Assembly (NCBI GenBank): GCA_036654095.1
Contig: JAVVSR010000002.1
Span: 65,375 to 129,374 of the forward strand
Reading direction: 5' to 3'
DNA: 64,000 nucleotides
Source of the DNA: Clostridia bacterium
GTDB taxonomy: Bacteria > Bacillota > Clostridia > Christensenellales > CAG-917
The position numbers were made by a program, and so were the translations under genes. Shown here piece after piece: positions 31,817-43,104 of this stretch (position 1 is the stretch's first letter; every line of letters begins with the position of its first letter). The notes below the pieces were generated by a model, which saw nothing but the letters and a program-made list of their open reading frames with translations, was not told the origin of the DNA and searched no databases.

Positions 31817-32521
31817 TTACTTAATAATAACTTCTCTTCCGCAATTAGGACACTCGACCATATCGCCAGACGCTTTAAGTTTATTGACGCAGTCGTTAGG
31901 TAGGTTCATACCGCAACCTGCGCAAAGTCCATCTTTGGCGTACTCGACAAATGCCGGCAACCGTTTATTAGCTCGACAACGCCTGTATATATCCATTAGC
32001 TCCTTTGGAATATCCTTTTCAATAGCTTTCATAGTTGCAACAACTGGCGCGCCTTCTTGTGAGAGTTTTGCGCGTAACCCTTGATATGCTTGCATAGCCC
32101 TAGTGAATTGGTCTTTTATTTGCATAGCTTGCATAGTAAGTTTTTCGCTGTTATCTTTTACAAAATCCATACGACTGGAAAGTTTAAAAAGTTCTTTTTC
32201 GGCTTTTTCCATATCGTCAGCTAAGGTCGCCAACTTTTTTTCATAATATTCAATTTCAGTTATGTCATCGACATTTTTATAGTGCAGCGCAATTTCTGAA
32301 ATTTCTTTTTCAATCATCGCGATATTTGCTTCGTTTTTATCGACACTTGACATAAGCTCGTCAGCCTCAGCATTAAATGCCGACATATTTTCGCTAGCTT
32401 TTTTCATCATCGAATCCAGTTTCGCCGCGCGTTCCTTTTCCTCGCTGTTGTTAAGGTCACGTTCGATTTTAAACAACGCCTTATCAATGTTCTGATACTC
32501 CAACATCTTTTCAAAATTCAT
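31817..32521 (-). CDS. coiled-coil protein with C-terminal C4 zinc ribbon (COG1579-like)
   Basis: 234 aa with a long helical region and CAGCGMNLP...CPNCGR. Lies next to a NIF3 gene, the usual neighbour. Confidence 0.75.
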   Translation of the reverse strand: MNFEKMLEYQNIDKALFKIERDLNNSEEKERAAKLDSMMKKASENMSAFNAEADELMSSVDKNEANIAMIEKEISEIALHYKNVDDITEIEYYEKKLATLADDMEKAEKELFKLSSRMDFVKDNSEKLTMQAMQIKDQFTRAMQAYQGLRAKLSQEGAPVVATMKAIEKDIPKELMDIYRRCRANKRLPAFVEYAKDGLCAGCGMNLPNDCVNKLKASGDMVECPNCGREVIIK

Positions 32522-32573
32522 AATACACCTCGCATACCTTAATAAATAAGGTTAATATCGCCCGTTTAAAGGC

Positions 32574-33338
32574 TTAGTTATAAGGATTACCCTCGTAATG
32601 CTTAATTATTTTTGTTGTGTCAAAATAACACTTTATGCTGTCATAAACAATATCTATAAAAATCTTCTCGCTCGCATAGTGTCCCACTTCGATAATTGGC
32701 AAATCTATGGCTAGCGCCTCTAGCATAATATGGTGTTTTACATCTGAAGTTATTAAAACCTCACCACCTCGGTCAAGCGCTGTTCTAAGCGTAACGCTAT
32801 CTGCGCCTGCGCCGTTCACCATTGCCACGCACGAAATTTCCATATTTTTGTCACCGACCACTTTCACTAGCGTATCGCTAAGCAACGGCTCTAAAATATC
32901 CTTTAATTCGCCTAATGTAATTGGATTTTCAAGGTCGCCAATAGCGCCAATTCCATCGTCTTGAAGCTTGCCTATGGAATTGCAACCCAGTGATTTTAAC
33001 GTCAACCACGACATATTGCCTTCCATTCTATCAACATTTGTGTGCGCTGCATAAATATTTATACCATTTACAAATGCCTTTGCAATTATATCATTTATGT
33101 AATCGTCATTTAAAAACCTTTTAATAGGATTAAAAATTATAGGGTGATGTGATATTATTAAATTACAATCACATTCTATTGCTTCTTCTATTACGTCAGA
33201 TGTAACATCAACGCATATCAAGACTTTAGTCACTTCTTTTTCAAGGCTTCCAACCAACAATCCAACATTGTCAAAATCCATTGCGCTTTCTATCGGCGCA
33301 ATGCGCTCAATTATTTTGGCAAAGTCTTTAACAATCAT
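32574..33338 (-). CDS. Nif3-like dinuclear metal centre protein (YqfO family)
   Basis: 254 aa with ISHHPIIF and AAHTNVD motifs. Conserved position after trmK. Confidence 0.85.
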   Translation of the reverse strand: MIVKDFAKIIERIAPIESAMDFDNVGLLVGSLEKEVTKVLICVDVTSDVIEEAIECDCNLIISHHPIIFNPIKRFLNDDYINDIIAKAFVNGINIYAAHTNVDRMEGNMSWLTLKSLGCNSIGKLQDDGIGAIGDLENPITLGELKDILEPLLSDTLVKVVGDKNMEISCVAMVNGAGADSVTLRTALDRGGEVLITSDVKHHIMLEALAIDLPIIEVGHYASEKIFIDIVYDSIKCYFDTTKIIKHYEGNPYN

Positions 33339-33982
33339 AAATTTTCCTCCAGTAAAGAAATTTCATTTTGTATCTTACTAAGACGTTCAACTGACGCGGT
33401 TTTCAATAGGCCTCTAAGCTTATTCAACCTAACATTTTTATAGCTAATAAAATCATCATTCCGCTCAAACCCGAACATCATTTCAAAGTCGCTATATTCT
33501 CTATTTTCCGTTTCATAGCCCGAAACTACAAATATTTGATAAAACCTCGTATCAGATTTCAGCATATAATCACGTTGAATTTTAAAACCTGTTGATATTA
33601 AATACCGTCTAAGTTCTATCGTGTGTTGGTGCGGAACCAATATGTACTTTGAAAATACTGATTTTGCCTTAGATAAAATATCAATAATTTCACGACCGCC
33701 AATACCTGCAATGACAACCGTATCGACCTCGTTTGAAGCTATAACCTCTAAACCATCGCCAACGCGAAAATCCATCTTATCGGCGCAACCATTTTCATTT
33801 GCAAGCCGTTTAGCCTTAACAATACTGTTGGGACTAATATCGCTTGCTACAACCATTTCGCCCGTTTTACCCACAGCCAAAACAGCTAATTTTCCGTGGT
33901 CAGTACCAATATCACAAACGCGCTCGCCTACATTTATATGTCCCAAAATAGCGTTTAAGCGTCTATCTAATTTGATTTTCAT
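33335..33982 (-). CDS. trmK: tRNA (adenine22-N1)-methyltransferase
   Basis: 215 aa with DIGTDHGKL and IAGIGG motifs. Conserved rpoD-trmK-nif3 synteny. Confidence 0.85.
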   Translation of the reverse strand: MKIKLDRRLNAILGHINVGERVCDIGTDHGKLAVLAVGKTGEMVVASDISPNSIVKAKRLANENGCADKMDFRVGDGLEVIASNEVDTVVIAGIGGREIIDILSKAKSVFSKYILVPHQHTIELRRYLISTGFKIQRDYMLKSDTRFYQIFVVSGYETENREYSDFEMMFGFERNDDFISYKNVRLNKLRGLLKTASVERLSKIQNEISLLEENL

Positions 33983-33983
33983 A

Positions 33984-35021
33984 TTATGAAAAATCTTTAA
34001 GCTTTTTTATGCGGTTAGGATGACGCAACTTGCGCAATGCTTTAGCTTCAATTTGCCTAATACGTTCACGCGTTACATTAAATTCTTTCCCGACTTCCTC
34101 AAGCGTACGAGGGTGACTGTCGTCAATACCATACCTAAGCCTTAAAACCTTTTCCTCACGCGGAGTTAGCGAACTTAAGACTTGCACCAACTGTTCTCTA
34201 AGCATATTAGTTTCAGCAACCTCAGCGGGCGCGGCAGCATTACTATCTTCTATAAAATCGCCAAGATGACTGTCTTCTTCTTCGCCAATAGGCGTTTCAA
34301 GCGAAACAGGGTCTTGAGCTATTTTTTGTATTTCGCGCACGCGCTCGGGAGTGCTGCCAATCGTTTCGGCAATTTCCTCGGGAGTGGGTTCGCGTCCTAG
34401 TTTTTGCAGCAACTGACGAGTTGCGCGCACTTGTTTATTGATTGTTTCAACCATATGAACAGGAATACGAATTGTGCGAGCTTGGTCGGCAATAGCGCGC
34501 GTAATTGACTGTCTTATCCACCACGTCGCGTAGGTCGAAAACTTAAAACCTTTAGTATAGTCAAATTTTTCAACCGCCTTCATAAGCCCAAGATTTCCTT
34601 CTTGAATTAAATCCAAAAATTGCATACCGCGACCGACATATCTCTTAGCAATAGAAACAACCAATCTAAGATTTGCTTCACTCAGTATTTTTTTCGCGTC
34701 TTCGTCGCCCGTTTCCATTAATTTTGCTAGCTCGACCTCGCGCTCTGCCGACAACAACGAAACTTTACCTATATCTTTTAAATACATTTTTACCGAGTCG
34801 TCAAGATTTCTTTCGCTCATAATATTTTCTAGGCTGTCATCAACTTCACCTATTGGAACAACCTGTTCAATAGCTTTAAACACAACCTCCATATCTTCGG
34901 CGGTAGCCTGCAAATGCTCAAGTTTAACCATAATCTCTTCTTGATTAAGGCTACCCTTTTGCTTACCGATAATAATAAGTTTATCGATTTCCGCCTGTAA
35001 AAGCGCTGTTCTGTTTTCCAT
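33984..35021 (-). CDS. rpoD: primary RNA polymerase sigma factor
   Basis: 345 aa with [27 protein letters not shown] and region 4.2 [27 protein letters not shown]. Confidence 0.97.
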   Translation of the reverse strand: MENRTALLQAEIDKLIIIGKQKGSLNQEEIMVKLEHLQATAEDMEVVFKAIEQVVPIGEVDDSLENIMSERNLDDSVKMYLKDIGKVSLLSAEREVELAKLMETGDEDAKKILSEANLRLVVSIAKRYVGRGMQFLDLIQEGNLGLMKAVEKFDYTKGFKFSTYATWWIRQSITRAIADQARTIRIPVHMVETINKQVRATRQLLQKLGREPTPEEIAETIGSTPERVREIQKIAQDPVSLETPIGEEEDSHLGDFIEDSNAAAPAEVAETNMLREQLVQVLSSLTPREEKVLRLRYGIDDSHPRTLEEVGKEFNVTRERIRQIEAKALRKLRHPNRIKKLKDFS

Positions 35022-35044
35022 AAAGCTCCTTTAAAACAAATAAT

Positions 35045-36877
35045 TTATTCTTTAGAATTAATTTCCTTTAACATTTTTTGATACTTTACCAATTCAATTC
35101 TCATTTCGCCGCGCTCGTCATCCGACGCGCTATCAAAACTACACGACAATTCTTTTATTTTGGCATTTATAAAAGAATTTTTCAGCAATCTTACACTATC
35201 TCGATAATAATAACTTTTTTGTAAATCATCACTAAATTCAACTGATGAATACACCACATTCGCAACTTCGTTATATGGTTTTTCGTCATCTCCTAACGCG
35301 ACATCTGCGTCATCGGGCTTGTCCAAACCCGATACAATAGTGTAAAGCATATGAACAACAGGTTTATTGCCTTTTTTAATTTCATCGACTATATAGTCAT
35401 AAATTTTCTTATGCGTCTCATCGGTTAATATTTCCCTTGAAATATCCTGAAAACTTGCAAATCTATCCGCGTCAATTAAGCACTTTAAAACAAACCTACC
35501 AGCTTTAATTGTTGCGTCAGTTTCCGCCCGTACTACCTTTTCTTTCTTTAGCGAAACTTGTTCTTTTGCAACATCCATTACCAATCCTTCACGCAAAATA
35601 TTTGTCGCAACACGGCTTTTATCATTGATAATTTCAAGATAAACTTCTTGTTGCGCTTTATTTGGAATAGACTTAATAAAATCTAACGCTTCCTTGACAT
35701 ACTTAGCGCGCCCTGTTTGTGTATCCAATTTGTATTTATTTTCAATTATTTTCAGCCTATATTCAATATATGGCAACGCTTTTTCCAAAAGCGATTTAAA
35801 GCCATCTGCGCCATATTTTTTAATTGTATCATCGGGGTCAAGCCCACTAGGTAGGGTCACAACATTAAGATTGACGCCTTCACTATTCAACAATTCCAAA
35901 TTAGAGATAGCCGCCTTTGCGCCAGCCGTATCACCATCGTAACAAACATAAATATTTTCAGATAAATTTTTAAGTTCCCTCGCCTGACCTGCGCCAAGGG
36001 CCGTACCCATACCCGCGACTGCATTATTAAAGCCATACTTCGCGAGCGCAATAACATCCATATATCCTTCAACAATTATAACGTTATCAATACCTTTTTG
36101 CTGTTTTTCGCGCTTTACGAAATTGATGCCATATAGCACCTTGTTTTTTTCAAACACGGGAGTATTGTGATAATTGACATATTTCCCACCCGTAAATTCT
36201 TTAGATAAAACCCGCCCGCTAAAAGCGATTACCCTGCTAGTCGAATCAATAATCGGAACAATTAACCGCTGTTGCAAAGCATCAAACGGCTTGTTTATCT
36301 TTTCACTTTTCCAACCAACACCACTTTCGTAAATTTCATCATCGGTAAATCCTTTCTTTTTCAAAATGCTAATAACATCGTCATAGCTTTTTGAATATCC
36401 CAATCCAAAACGCACGGCTAAATTTCTGCTAATACCACGCTTCAATAAATACGCCATAGCAACCGCGCCGTCTTCACTCATAAGATTTTCATTGTATCGC
36501 TTTGCTGTAATAGACAAAATTTCAAATAGGCGGTCACGCTTTTTTTTCGCAGCTTGAACTCGCGTAACATCCACAAGGTTAGGCATTTGCATACCTACGC
36601 GCTCGGCCAAAGCCTGCACCGCTTCCGTAAAAGTTTGCCCTTCAATTTTCATCACAAATTTTATAACATCGCCCGACTCATGACAGCCAAAACAATAGTA
36701 AAAACCTTCATCATTCACGGCAAATGACGGCGTTTTCTCGTGGTGAAACGGACAACAACCCCAAAATCTATTGCCTTTGGGCGTTAGTTGAACATATTTC
36801 GATACGACCTCTACAATATTGTTTTTATCCTTAAGTTCTTGCAACCACTCTAAAGGATAGCCTTCGCGTTGTATCAT
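35045..36877 (-). CDS. dnaG: DNA primase
   Basis: Zinc finger CPFHHEKTPSF...CFGC and a TOPRIM domain (IIVEGYMDV, DGDTAG). ATG 36877 is preferred over the ORF-track 36898 on RBS position. Confidence 0.94.
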   Translation of the reverse strand: MIQREGYPLEWLQELKDKNNIVEVVSKYVQLTPKGNRFWGCCPFHHEKTPSFAVNDEGFYYCFGCHESGDVIKFVMKIEGQTFTEAVQALAERVGMQMPNLVDVTRVQAAKKKRDRLFEILSITAKRYNENLMSEDGAVAMAYLLKRGISRNLAVRFGLGYSKSYDDVISILKKKGFTDDEIYESGVGWKSEKINKPFDALQQRLIVPIIDSTSRVIAFSGRVLSKEFTGGKYVNYHNTPVFEKNKVLYGINFVKREKQQKGIDNVIIVEGYMDVIALAKYGFNNAVAGMGTALGAGQARELKNLSENIYVCYDGDTAGAKAAISNLELLNSEGVNLNVVTLPSGLDPDDTIKKYGADGFKSLLEKALPYIEYRLKIIENKYKLDTQTGRAKYVKEALDFIKSIPNKAQQEVYLEIINDKSRVATNILREGLVMDVAKEQVSLKKEKVVRAETDATIKAGRFVLKCLIDADRFASFQDISREILTDETHKKIYDYIVDEIKKGNKPVVHMLYTIVSGLDKPDDADVALGDDEKPYNEVANVVYSSVEFSDDLQKSYYYRDSVRLLKNSFINAKIKELSCSFDSASDDERGEMRIELVKYQKMLKEINSKE

Positions 36878-37273
36878 TAAAATGCTACTCCATTTCATCC
36901 TATATTTTCGCCAAATTTCGCGCGAAAAAAATAACAGCTATTATTATATTCGCTGTAACTAAAAAAAATCCTTAATTAACCTGTATTATAGCACATATAT
37001 TAATACTATGTAAGTATAATTGGAGCAAAACTATATAATTATAAATATATAGCTAAACTATATAAATAAACTAACTTAACACCAATATTATCGTTTTACT
37101 TTAAGCAAAATTTGAATTTGATTTTAAATTTAAAAACCGATTTTTCTTTCGTTTTTCTATTAAAAACGCACTTGATTTTGACGTCTATTATCCTATTGAT
37201 AATTTCAATTCAGCCATTGATTACTCAATATTTGACATCGTTTTTAATTTTAAATAGCTTTGTGTTATTTCAA

Positions 37274-38260
37274 CTAAATTCTTTGCCAGTTTTTTGGAAC
37301 AAAAATTTCTTCAAATATTGTAACGGCATATCTGTCGCTCATAGACGCGATATAGTCGCATACAACTGTTTGCAAACTATCATTTGGCAACAAAACTTTA
37401 TACATCTCAGGCAACATATTTGGATTTTCATAAAAATAGTTATACAACAATTCAATCAACTTAATCGCCTTAACTTCCTCACTTTTGGCAGCTGGCAAAG
37501 TGTATAAATTGTTAAACATAAAATCACGAAGTTTCATAAGCGCGTCATCAAATGGTTTAGACAAACCAATTATAGGGCTATTATTGCTGTTTTTAACCAA
37601 ATCATAAACCAAGCTATTGATACGCGAACGATGGCTTGCGCCTAGAACTTCCACGCAATCTTTCGGCAACTGATTTTCGGTAATTAACCCTGCGCGTATT
37701 CCGTCATCGATATCGTGATTGACGTACGCTATACGGTCGGCGAAACTAACAACTTTGCCTTCTAACGTTTTAGGCGAGCCATCGATTTTATGATTGTATA
37801 TACCGTCCAAGACTTCGGCAGTTAGATTTAAGTTTTCCAACACGGTAACTACTCGAATACTTTGCGCGTTATGCGAAAAATTTTCATTAGTCAAACGCGA
37901 CAATGTTTTTTCGCCAGCGTGACCAAAAGGAGTGTGACCGAGGTCGTGTCCCATAGCGATGGCTTCAATTAAATCCTCATTCAGACAAATAGCTCGCCCA
38001 ACCGTACGCGCTATTTGCGAAACCTCTAGGGTGTGCGTAAGTCTAGTACGATAATGGTCGCCCTCTGGTGACAAAAAAACCTGTGTTTTATGCTTTAGTC
38101 GTCTAAATGCTTTACTGTGAATAATGCGGTCGCGGTCGCGCTGAAAGTCAGTGCGCAGTTCGCATTCTTCAATCGGGGAAACACGCCCGGTAGTATCGCG
38201 ACTTTTAAATGCAAACGGCGAAAAATATTTGTCTTCTATTTCATAAATGCGTTCTTTCAT
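37274..38260 (-). CDS. dgt: dGTP triphosphohydrolase-like HD-domain protein
   Basis: 328 aa with RLTHTLEV and HDLGHTPFGH motifs. Immediately upstream of dnaG-rpoD. Confidence 0.88.
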   Translation of the reverse strand: MKERIYEIEDKYFSPFAFKSRDTTGRVSPIEECELRTDFQRDRDRIIHSKAFRRLKHKTQVFLSPEGDHYRTRLTHTLEVSQIARTVGRAICLNEDLIEAIAMGHDLGHTPFGHAGEKTLSRLTNENFSHNAQSIRVVTVLENLNLTAEVLDGIYNHKIDGSPKTLEGKVVSFADRIAYVNHDIDDGIRAGLITENQLPKDCVEVLGASHRSRINSLVYDLVKNSNNSPIIGLSKPFDDALMKLRDFMFNNLYTLPAAKSEEVKAIKLIELLYNYFYENPNMLPEMYKVLLPNDSLQTVVCDYIASMSDRYAVTIFEEIFVPKNWQRI

Positions 38261-38267
38261 AAATCAC

Positions 38268-38471
38268 CTATTTGTCAGTATGAGGCTTAACTTTTCGTTT
38301 ATTGCCAAATTTATCTACAATATAAGTATTGTCCAAATTACTTTGCAACGACGCCTTAACGCTTTCAATATACTCGCGCCGCAAAACGTCTTGTTCGCTT
38401 TTTTCTAAATCGGTCAAGCCTTCTTCTTTTGCTTTTTTAGCAAGTTCGTTAATTCTATTAATGTTAAGCAT
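38268..38471 (-). CDS. DUF896 / UPF0291 (YnzC-like) small protein
   Basis: 67 aa. INELAKKAKEEGLTDLEKSEQDVLRREY resembles B. subtilis YnzC. Confidence 0.8.
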   Translation of the reverse strand: MLNINRINELAKKAKEEGLTDLEKSEQDVLRREYIESVKASLQSNLDNTYIVDKFGNKRKVKPHTDK

Positions 38472-38472
38472 A

Positions 38473-39048
38473 TTAAGCGTTATACCTACTTATTTTCTTT
38501 TCGCGCTCGGACAAAAAATTAGCTTTATTCGTCAACTCAAGCGACATTGAAGTAATTTCAGAAAAAGCCTTATGATATTCATCTCCACTAAGTTTTTCAA
38601 GCAACAACGCTTTGGCTTTAATTTTATTAATGAAATTATACATATCCAAATAGCCCTCAACCTGCTGTTCTGTATAAGCGGTCAAAGCCTTATCAGCAAG
38701 CACGCCAAAGGAAATTGAAAGTTTAATAGCATCGCGTTTTGAAAGCACTTTATCGCCTTTCGCCAAAGTATCTGAAAGTTTAGCCGAAATATTTTTAGCT
38801 TCCGTTAGCAGCCCCTCTGAACGTTCGGTTTTGGTGCGCTTACTTATACGTTTTAAAACGGGAATACCAACAAATATTGCAATTATAAAAACACCATAAA
38901 CTGCAATTATTTCAACTATTTTCAATGTAGTATAAGTATTGGGACTTGCCGAGGTATCGCCATTGGTTGCGAACGCAACGCTTGTTATCGAAAGTACGAT
39001 AACAGATGTTAATAGTAAAAATAACGCAAATAAACTATGCTTTTTCAT
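38473..39048 (-). CDS. hypothetical membrane protein (signal peptide, one TM, cytoplasmic helical domain)
   Basis: Start at ATG 39048 (GGAGGT 7 nt upstream). No recognisable family. Confidence 0.5.
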   Translation of the reverse strand: MKKHSLFALFLLLTSVIVLSITSVAFATNGDTSASPNTYTTLKIVEIIAVYGVFIIAIFVGIPVLKRISKRTKTERSEGLLTEAKNISAKLSDTLAKGDKVLSKRDAIKLSISFGVLADKALTAYTEQQVEGYLDMYNFINKIKAKALLLEKLSGDEYHKAFSEITSMSLELTNKANFLSEREKKISRYNA

Positions 39049-39868
39049 TGTTATTACCTCCACCGTTACTTAAAATATTTACATCAAGCTTGTTGAACGG
39101 TATTTCAATATTATTGCTTTTTAATGCTTTAATAATTTTTTCATTTAACGAAAATTTAACGTCCCAGTACGCTTCGTTTGGCAACCAAACTCTAGCGGAA
39201 AGCTTAAGCGCATTTGCGCCATATTCAGTCAGCCAAACCACAGGCGAAGGAGTGTGTAAAACTTGCGGCGCTTCAAGTATTGTTGCAAGTATAATTGCGC
39301 GCGCTTTTTCAATATCTGTGTCATATGCGACATTTACTTCCATATCGAGCCTGCGTGTTGGCATTGTTGAATAATTAACTACACTGCTACCAATAATTTG
39401 CGAATTTGGTAAAATTATAACTCGCTCGTCGGGAGTAGCAAGTTTTGTGCTAAATATCCCAATCGCTCGAACCGTCCCACTAACCCCTGCAACATCAATG
39501 TAGTCGCCAACTACAAAGGGCTTGCTTCCAACAATGATAAAACCATTTGCCAAATTGGATAAACTATCCTTTAACGCCAAGCCTATGGCTAGCCCTGCGG
39601 CCGATACGACAGCAATAAAACTGCCTGTCGATAACCCTGCTGTTTTTGCGACAAGTAAAAATAGTACAAAATAAATTGCCAATCCGAATATGGAATTTAA
39701 AAACGAACTAACTGTTTTTTCTACATTTGACTTAACTAACATATTTTTAATAAACCGCAAAATAAGTCGCGCTACAATAAGCCCAAAAATGACAAGCGAA
39801 ATAGTTTTTGCAACAACCAATCCGCTGCCCAAAAAAAAGTTTTCAAGAGCTTTTAAAATTTCATTCAT
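39035..39868 (-). CDS. mscS: small-conductance mechanosensitive channel (MscS family)
   Basis: 277 aa with 3 TM and the MscS beta domain (FVVGDYIDVAGVSGTV...ILPNSQI). Confidence 0.88.
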   Translation of the reverse strand: MNEILKALENFFLGSGLVVAKTISLVIFGLIVARLILRFIKNMLVKSNVEKTVSSFLNSIFGLAIYFVLFLLVAKTAGLSTGSFIAVVSAAGLAIGLALKDSLSNLANGFIIVGSKPFVVGDYIDVAGVSGTVRAIGIFSTKLATPDERVIILPNSQIIGSSVVNYSTMPTRRLDMEVNVAYDTDIEKARAIILATILEAPQVLHTPSPVVWLTEYGANALKLSARVWLPNEAYWDVKFSLNEKIIKALKSNNIEIPFNKLDVNILSNGGGNNNEKA

Positions 39869-39882
39869 ACTTTCCCCTTTAA

Positions 39883-40836
39883 TTAAATTTTAGGCTTCCA
39901 CATTTTTTGGAAAACACTAAATAATATTTTATTTACTTTTTTAGAAATATGTTCACCCGTATCTAAAACCGATGACTGGATTGCCTTAGCGGTAATTGTA
40001 GGAATTAATGAAGTTAATACATTAAATTCAATATCGACATCGTCCGACGACATTATAAACATAGCGTCGCCATCAAACATAGTGTGCGACGGAGATATTG
40101 ACAGCGCAAATCCGTCGTGCGCCAACTCTGCTAAAATATTTGCTTGCAATTTTGTAAGTTTTGCGTTAGTGATAATACAGCCTATTGTTGTATTGCTGTT
40201 TTTAAGTTCTAAGCTTCCTGAAGACATAATTTTTGTGCAATCGATATAATTGCCGTCCTCAGTCATTGCGCCTGCAATAATATTGCCATCTTTAACTATA
40301 TCTCCTAGCGCGTTTACAGCTACAATAACCGCTATTTCAAGCCCGTTTAGCGAATAGGTTTGTATACCAAGCCCAGCTTTCGCAGCCGCGTCCATACCGC
40401 AAATTTTACTTATGGTCGCCCCCGTACCCGCGCCAATACAACCTCGTTCAAAATTATCTATTTTTGCATTTTGAACGGCCAAATAACCCGCTTTTTTATC
40501 AGGATATCCAAACTGCTTAAATTCAAGGTCATACAGCGACGCTCCCGAAACAGTCGGCACGCGATATTTACCAGCATTGTAACCAATACCTTTTTCATGA
40601 AGATAATCCATAACTCCCGAAGCGGCCTCTAAGCCAAACGCGCTGCCACCACTTAAAACAACGGCATTAATTTTTTGCACGGTTTTTTCGGGTTTAAGTA
40701 AATCGGTTTCGCGGGTCGCAGGCGCCGAACCCCTGACACAAACTCCGCCAACAGCTCCATCTTCTGCCAAAATGACCGTTACGCCCGTGCCAATTTCATT
40801 GTCAGTAAAGTGACCAATTTTAAACTTATTTAACAT
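39883..40836 (-). CDS. P1/DmpA-family (S58) aminopeptidase
   Basis: 317 aa with GTGVTVIL, AVVLSGGSAFGL and NTTIGCIITNA motifs. Confidence 0.8.
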   Translation of the reverse strand: MLNKFKIGHFTDNEIGTGVTVILAEDGAVGGVCVRGSAPATRETDLLKPEKTVQKINAVVLSGGSAFGLEAASGVMDYLHEKGIGYNAGKYRVPTVSGASLYDLEFKQFGYPDKKAGYLAVQNAKIDNFERGCIGAGTGATISKICGMDAAAKAGLGIQTYSLNGLEIAVIVAVNALGDIVKDGNIIAGAMTEDGNYIDCTKIMSSGSLELKNSNTTIGCIITNAKLTKLQANILAELAHDGFALSISPSHTMFDGDAMFIMSSDDVDIEFNVLTSLIPTITAKAIQSSVLDTGEHISKKVNKILFSVFQKMWKPKI

Positions 40837-40843
40837 AATACCT

Positions 40844-42919
40844 CTACTTTATTTCAAGCGCAGTATTGTAGCCTGCGCGTGTTGCATCTGCAATACGACC
40901 AACTTTTTTTGCGTCGCCAATAAGATATGACCGAGGAAAATTATTTTTAATCTCGTCAAATATTTTATTATCGGGACGAACGCCTATTGCAAGCACAACA
41001 TTATCAACCTCAATCTCCTTAGAAATATTGGTTTTAACATCTTCTACAATTATGCCCTTATCTGTAATCTTAACAAGTTTATGAGATGTCAAAATTTCTG
41101 TTGAGTATTTTGAAAGCTTTTGCATAGCGTCATCAATATGCTGAAACCAACCACCTGGCGCGACAGTATCTGCCATTTCAATAATGGTAACTGAATTGCC
41201 TTGTTCATTTAATAATTCTGACGTTTCAAGGCCTGTCATTCCACTTCCGATAACGGCCACTTTTTTGCCACTAAGTTTTTCACTTCCGCCCAAAATCTCA
41301 GTAGTGGTGCAAACATTTGCGCGGTCAACGCCCTCAATCGCCCTAGGACGGATAGCCACGCCGCCTGTTGCGACAATAACAGCATAAGGATTAATTGACT
41401 TTAGCGTTTCAACTGACGCTGTTGTATTGTATTTAATTTCGACGTTGAGCTTGGTTACAGAAGTGACTAAGTCTTCCGTACACCAACCAATTTTCTCTTT
41501 CTTAGGGCCTTTATTAGCAAGCTGCAACTGACCGCCGGCTTGCGATGATTTTTCAAAAATAACGGGTTTAAATCCGCGCCTTGCAAGCACTTCCGCGGCG
41601 GTAAGCCCCGCGGGACCTGCGCCCACAATCGCAACGACACGACCCGCGCCGTCTTTAGCTAAATTATTATTAAATCTTTCGCGGCCAATAGTTGGATTAA
41701 CCGCGCATTCGCCGTGCGTGCCTTTAAATGCGTTTGTTTGCATACTTTGGAAACAGTACAAACAGCTTATGCAACGCTTAATATCTTCTGGTCGATTTTC
41801 AATACACTTTTCAACGAAATGTGGGTCAGCAAAATGTGGGCGCCCTAGCGAAATAAAATCTTGTATGCCCTCTTTAAGTTGAGCCTCGGCCTGCTCGGGG
41901 GTACGTATAAGATTAGCTGCAATAACTGGAATTTTAACTTCCTTTTTGACAGCTGCCGCCATATATTTACGCCAACCGACATCAAACGATGTAGGCTCTA
42001 ACCAATAGTTAAACGTGTCATAAGCAGCGCACGAAACATCAATAGCGTCAATACCAGCCTTTTCAAGCCTCTTTGCCATTTCAACGCCCTCGGCCAAAGC
42101 GTAACCCTTCCCCTCTTGCCCAATAAAGCTATAACACTCATCAACAGTCAACCTAACTATGATTGGATAATCTCCACAGTTTTTGCGTATACCCTCAATT
42201 ATTTCAAGCAAAAACCTCATTCTGTTTTCAAGACATCCGCCATATTCATCCGTGCGCTTATTGGTATTAGGGCTCAAAAATTGTTGAATTAAATAGCCGT
42301 GCGATGCGTGCAATTCAACCGCGTCAACACCTGCTTTTTGCAAACGAACTGCCGCTGAAACAAAATCTTTAATCAAACCCTTTACTTGACTTTTGGAAAG
42401 CGCACGCATTTTACTTTCAGCAAATTTGCTCTTTTCGCAAACTGACGGCGCATATACCTTCGGCACAATACCTTTTTGCATAAGTTTCGGCCCGATTTTG
42501 GGAACTATTTTAAATACAAGATTTTTAACACATTTTACATTTTGGAAAGGTATCATAAGCGGAATTGTGCCAATACATAACCCCAAGTTTTGTCTGCCGG
42601 GATGATGAAGTTGCACCGCAAGTTTCACGCCATATTTGTGTATTCTATTTGCCATCTCGCGCATAGGTTCAATGTGATAATCGTGACTCATCGCAAGTTG
42701 CGCAAATGCAGACGCGCCAGTCACATCGTTTACCCTAGTAATTTCCGTAATTATTAACCCCGTACCACCCTTGGCGCGTTCTTCATAATAATCCATCAAC
42801 CTCTCAGTTGGTTTACCATTAAAATCACCTAACCCCATAAGCATTGGCGCAAGTACAACGCGATTTTTAACGGCCATTTTACCGATATTCATTGGTGACA
42901 GCAACATTTCATAACTCAT
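40844..42919 (-). CDS. OYE-family NADH:flavin oxidoreductase fused to an FAD/NAD(P) oxidoreductase (2-enoate / 2,4-dienoyl-CoA reductase-like)
   Basis: N-terminal OYE TIM barrel, a Cys cluster CISCLYC...C, and two GxGxxG folds (VGAGPAGL, IGSGMTGLE). ATG 42919 follows an AGAGGT RBS; the ORF track starts at 42964. Confidence 0.85.
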   Translation of the reverse strand: MSYEMLLSPMNIGKMAVKNRVVLAPMLMGLGDFNGKPTERLMDYYEERAKGGTGLIITEITRVNDVTGASAFAQLAMSHDYHIEPMREMANRIHKYGVKLAVQLHHPGRQNLGLCIGTIPLMIPFQNVKCVKNLVFKIVPKIGPKLMQKGIVPKVYAPSVCEKSKFAESKMRALSKSQVKGLIKDFVSAAVRLQKAGVDAVELHASHGYLIQQFLSPNTNKRTDEYGGCLENRMRFLLEIIEGIRKNCGDYPIIVRLTVDECYSFIGQEGKGYALAEGVEMAKRLEKAGIDAIDVSCAAYDTFNYWLEPTSFDVGWRKYMAAAVKKEVKIPVIAANLIRTPEQAEAQLKEGIQDFISLGRPHFADPHFVEKCIENRPEDIKRCISCLYCFQSMQTNAFKGTHGECAVNPTIGRERFNNNLAKDGAGRVVAIVGAGPAGLTAAEVLARRGFKPVIFEKSSQAGGQLQLANKGPKKEKIGWCTEDLVTSVTKLNVEIKYNTTASVETLKSINPYAVIVATGGVAIRPRAIEGVDRANVCTTTEILGGSEKLSGKKVAVIGSGMTGLETSELLNEQGNSVTIIEMADTVAPGGWFQHIDDAMQKLSKYSTEILTSHKLVKITDKGIIVEDVKTNISKEIEVDNVVLAIGVRPDNKIFDEIKNNFPRSYLIGDAKKVGRIADATRAGYNTALEIK

Positions 42920-43034
42920 ATTCATACCTCTTATAATAGGCTTATTTGTTATTAAGTATAACATATGTAATAAAACTAAGCAAACACATTGACAATTATC
43001 GGTAATAATCTATAAAAAATATTGCAAATGTATG

Positions 43035-43067
43035 AAAAACGGACAACTATAAATAGCTGTCCGTTTT
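43035..43067 (-). terminator. rho-independent terminator after the serpin gene
   Basis: Minus strand: ACGGACAGCT-ATTTAT-AGTTGTCCGT followed by TTTTTC. Confidence 0.65.
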
Positions 43068-43104
43068 CCATCTTAGAAGGATTATGTTTTGCGCTGTTAG
43101 AGGA

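Noticed and set aside
37274-38260. dGTPase as an anti-phage nucleotide-depletion gene.
   Set aside because: It occupies the conserved housekeeping position directly upstream of dnaG-rpoD in a tightly packed core-gene string. Nothing suggests an accessory island.
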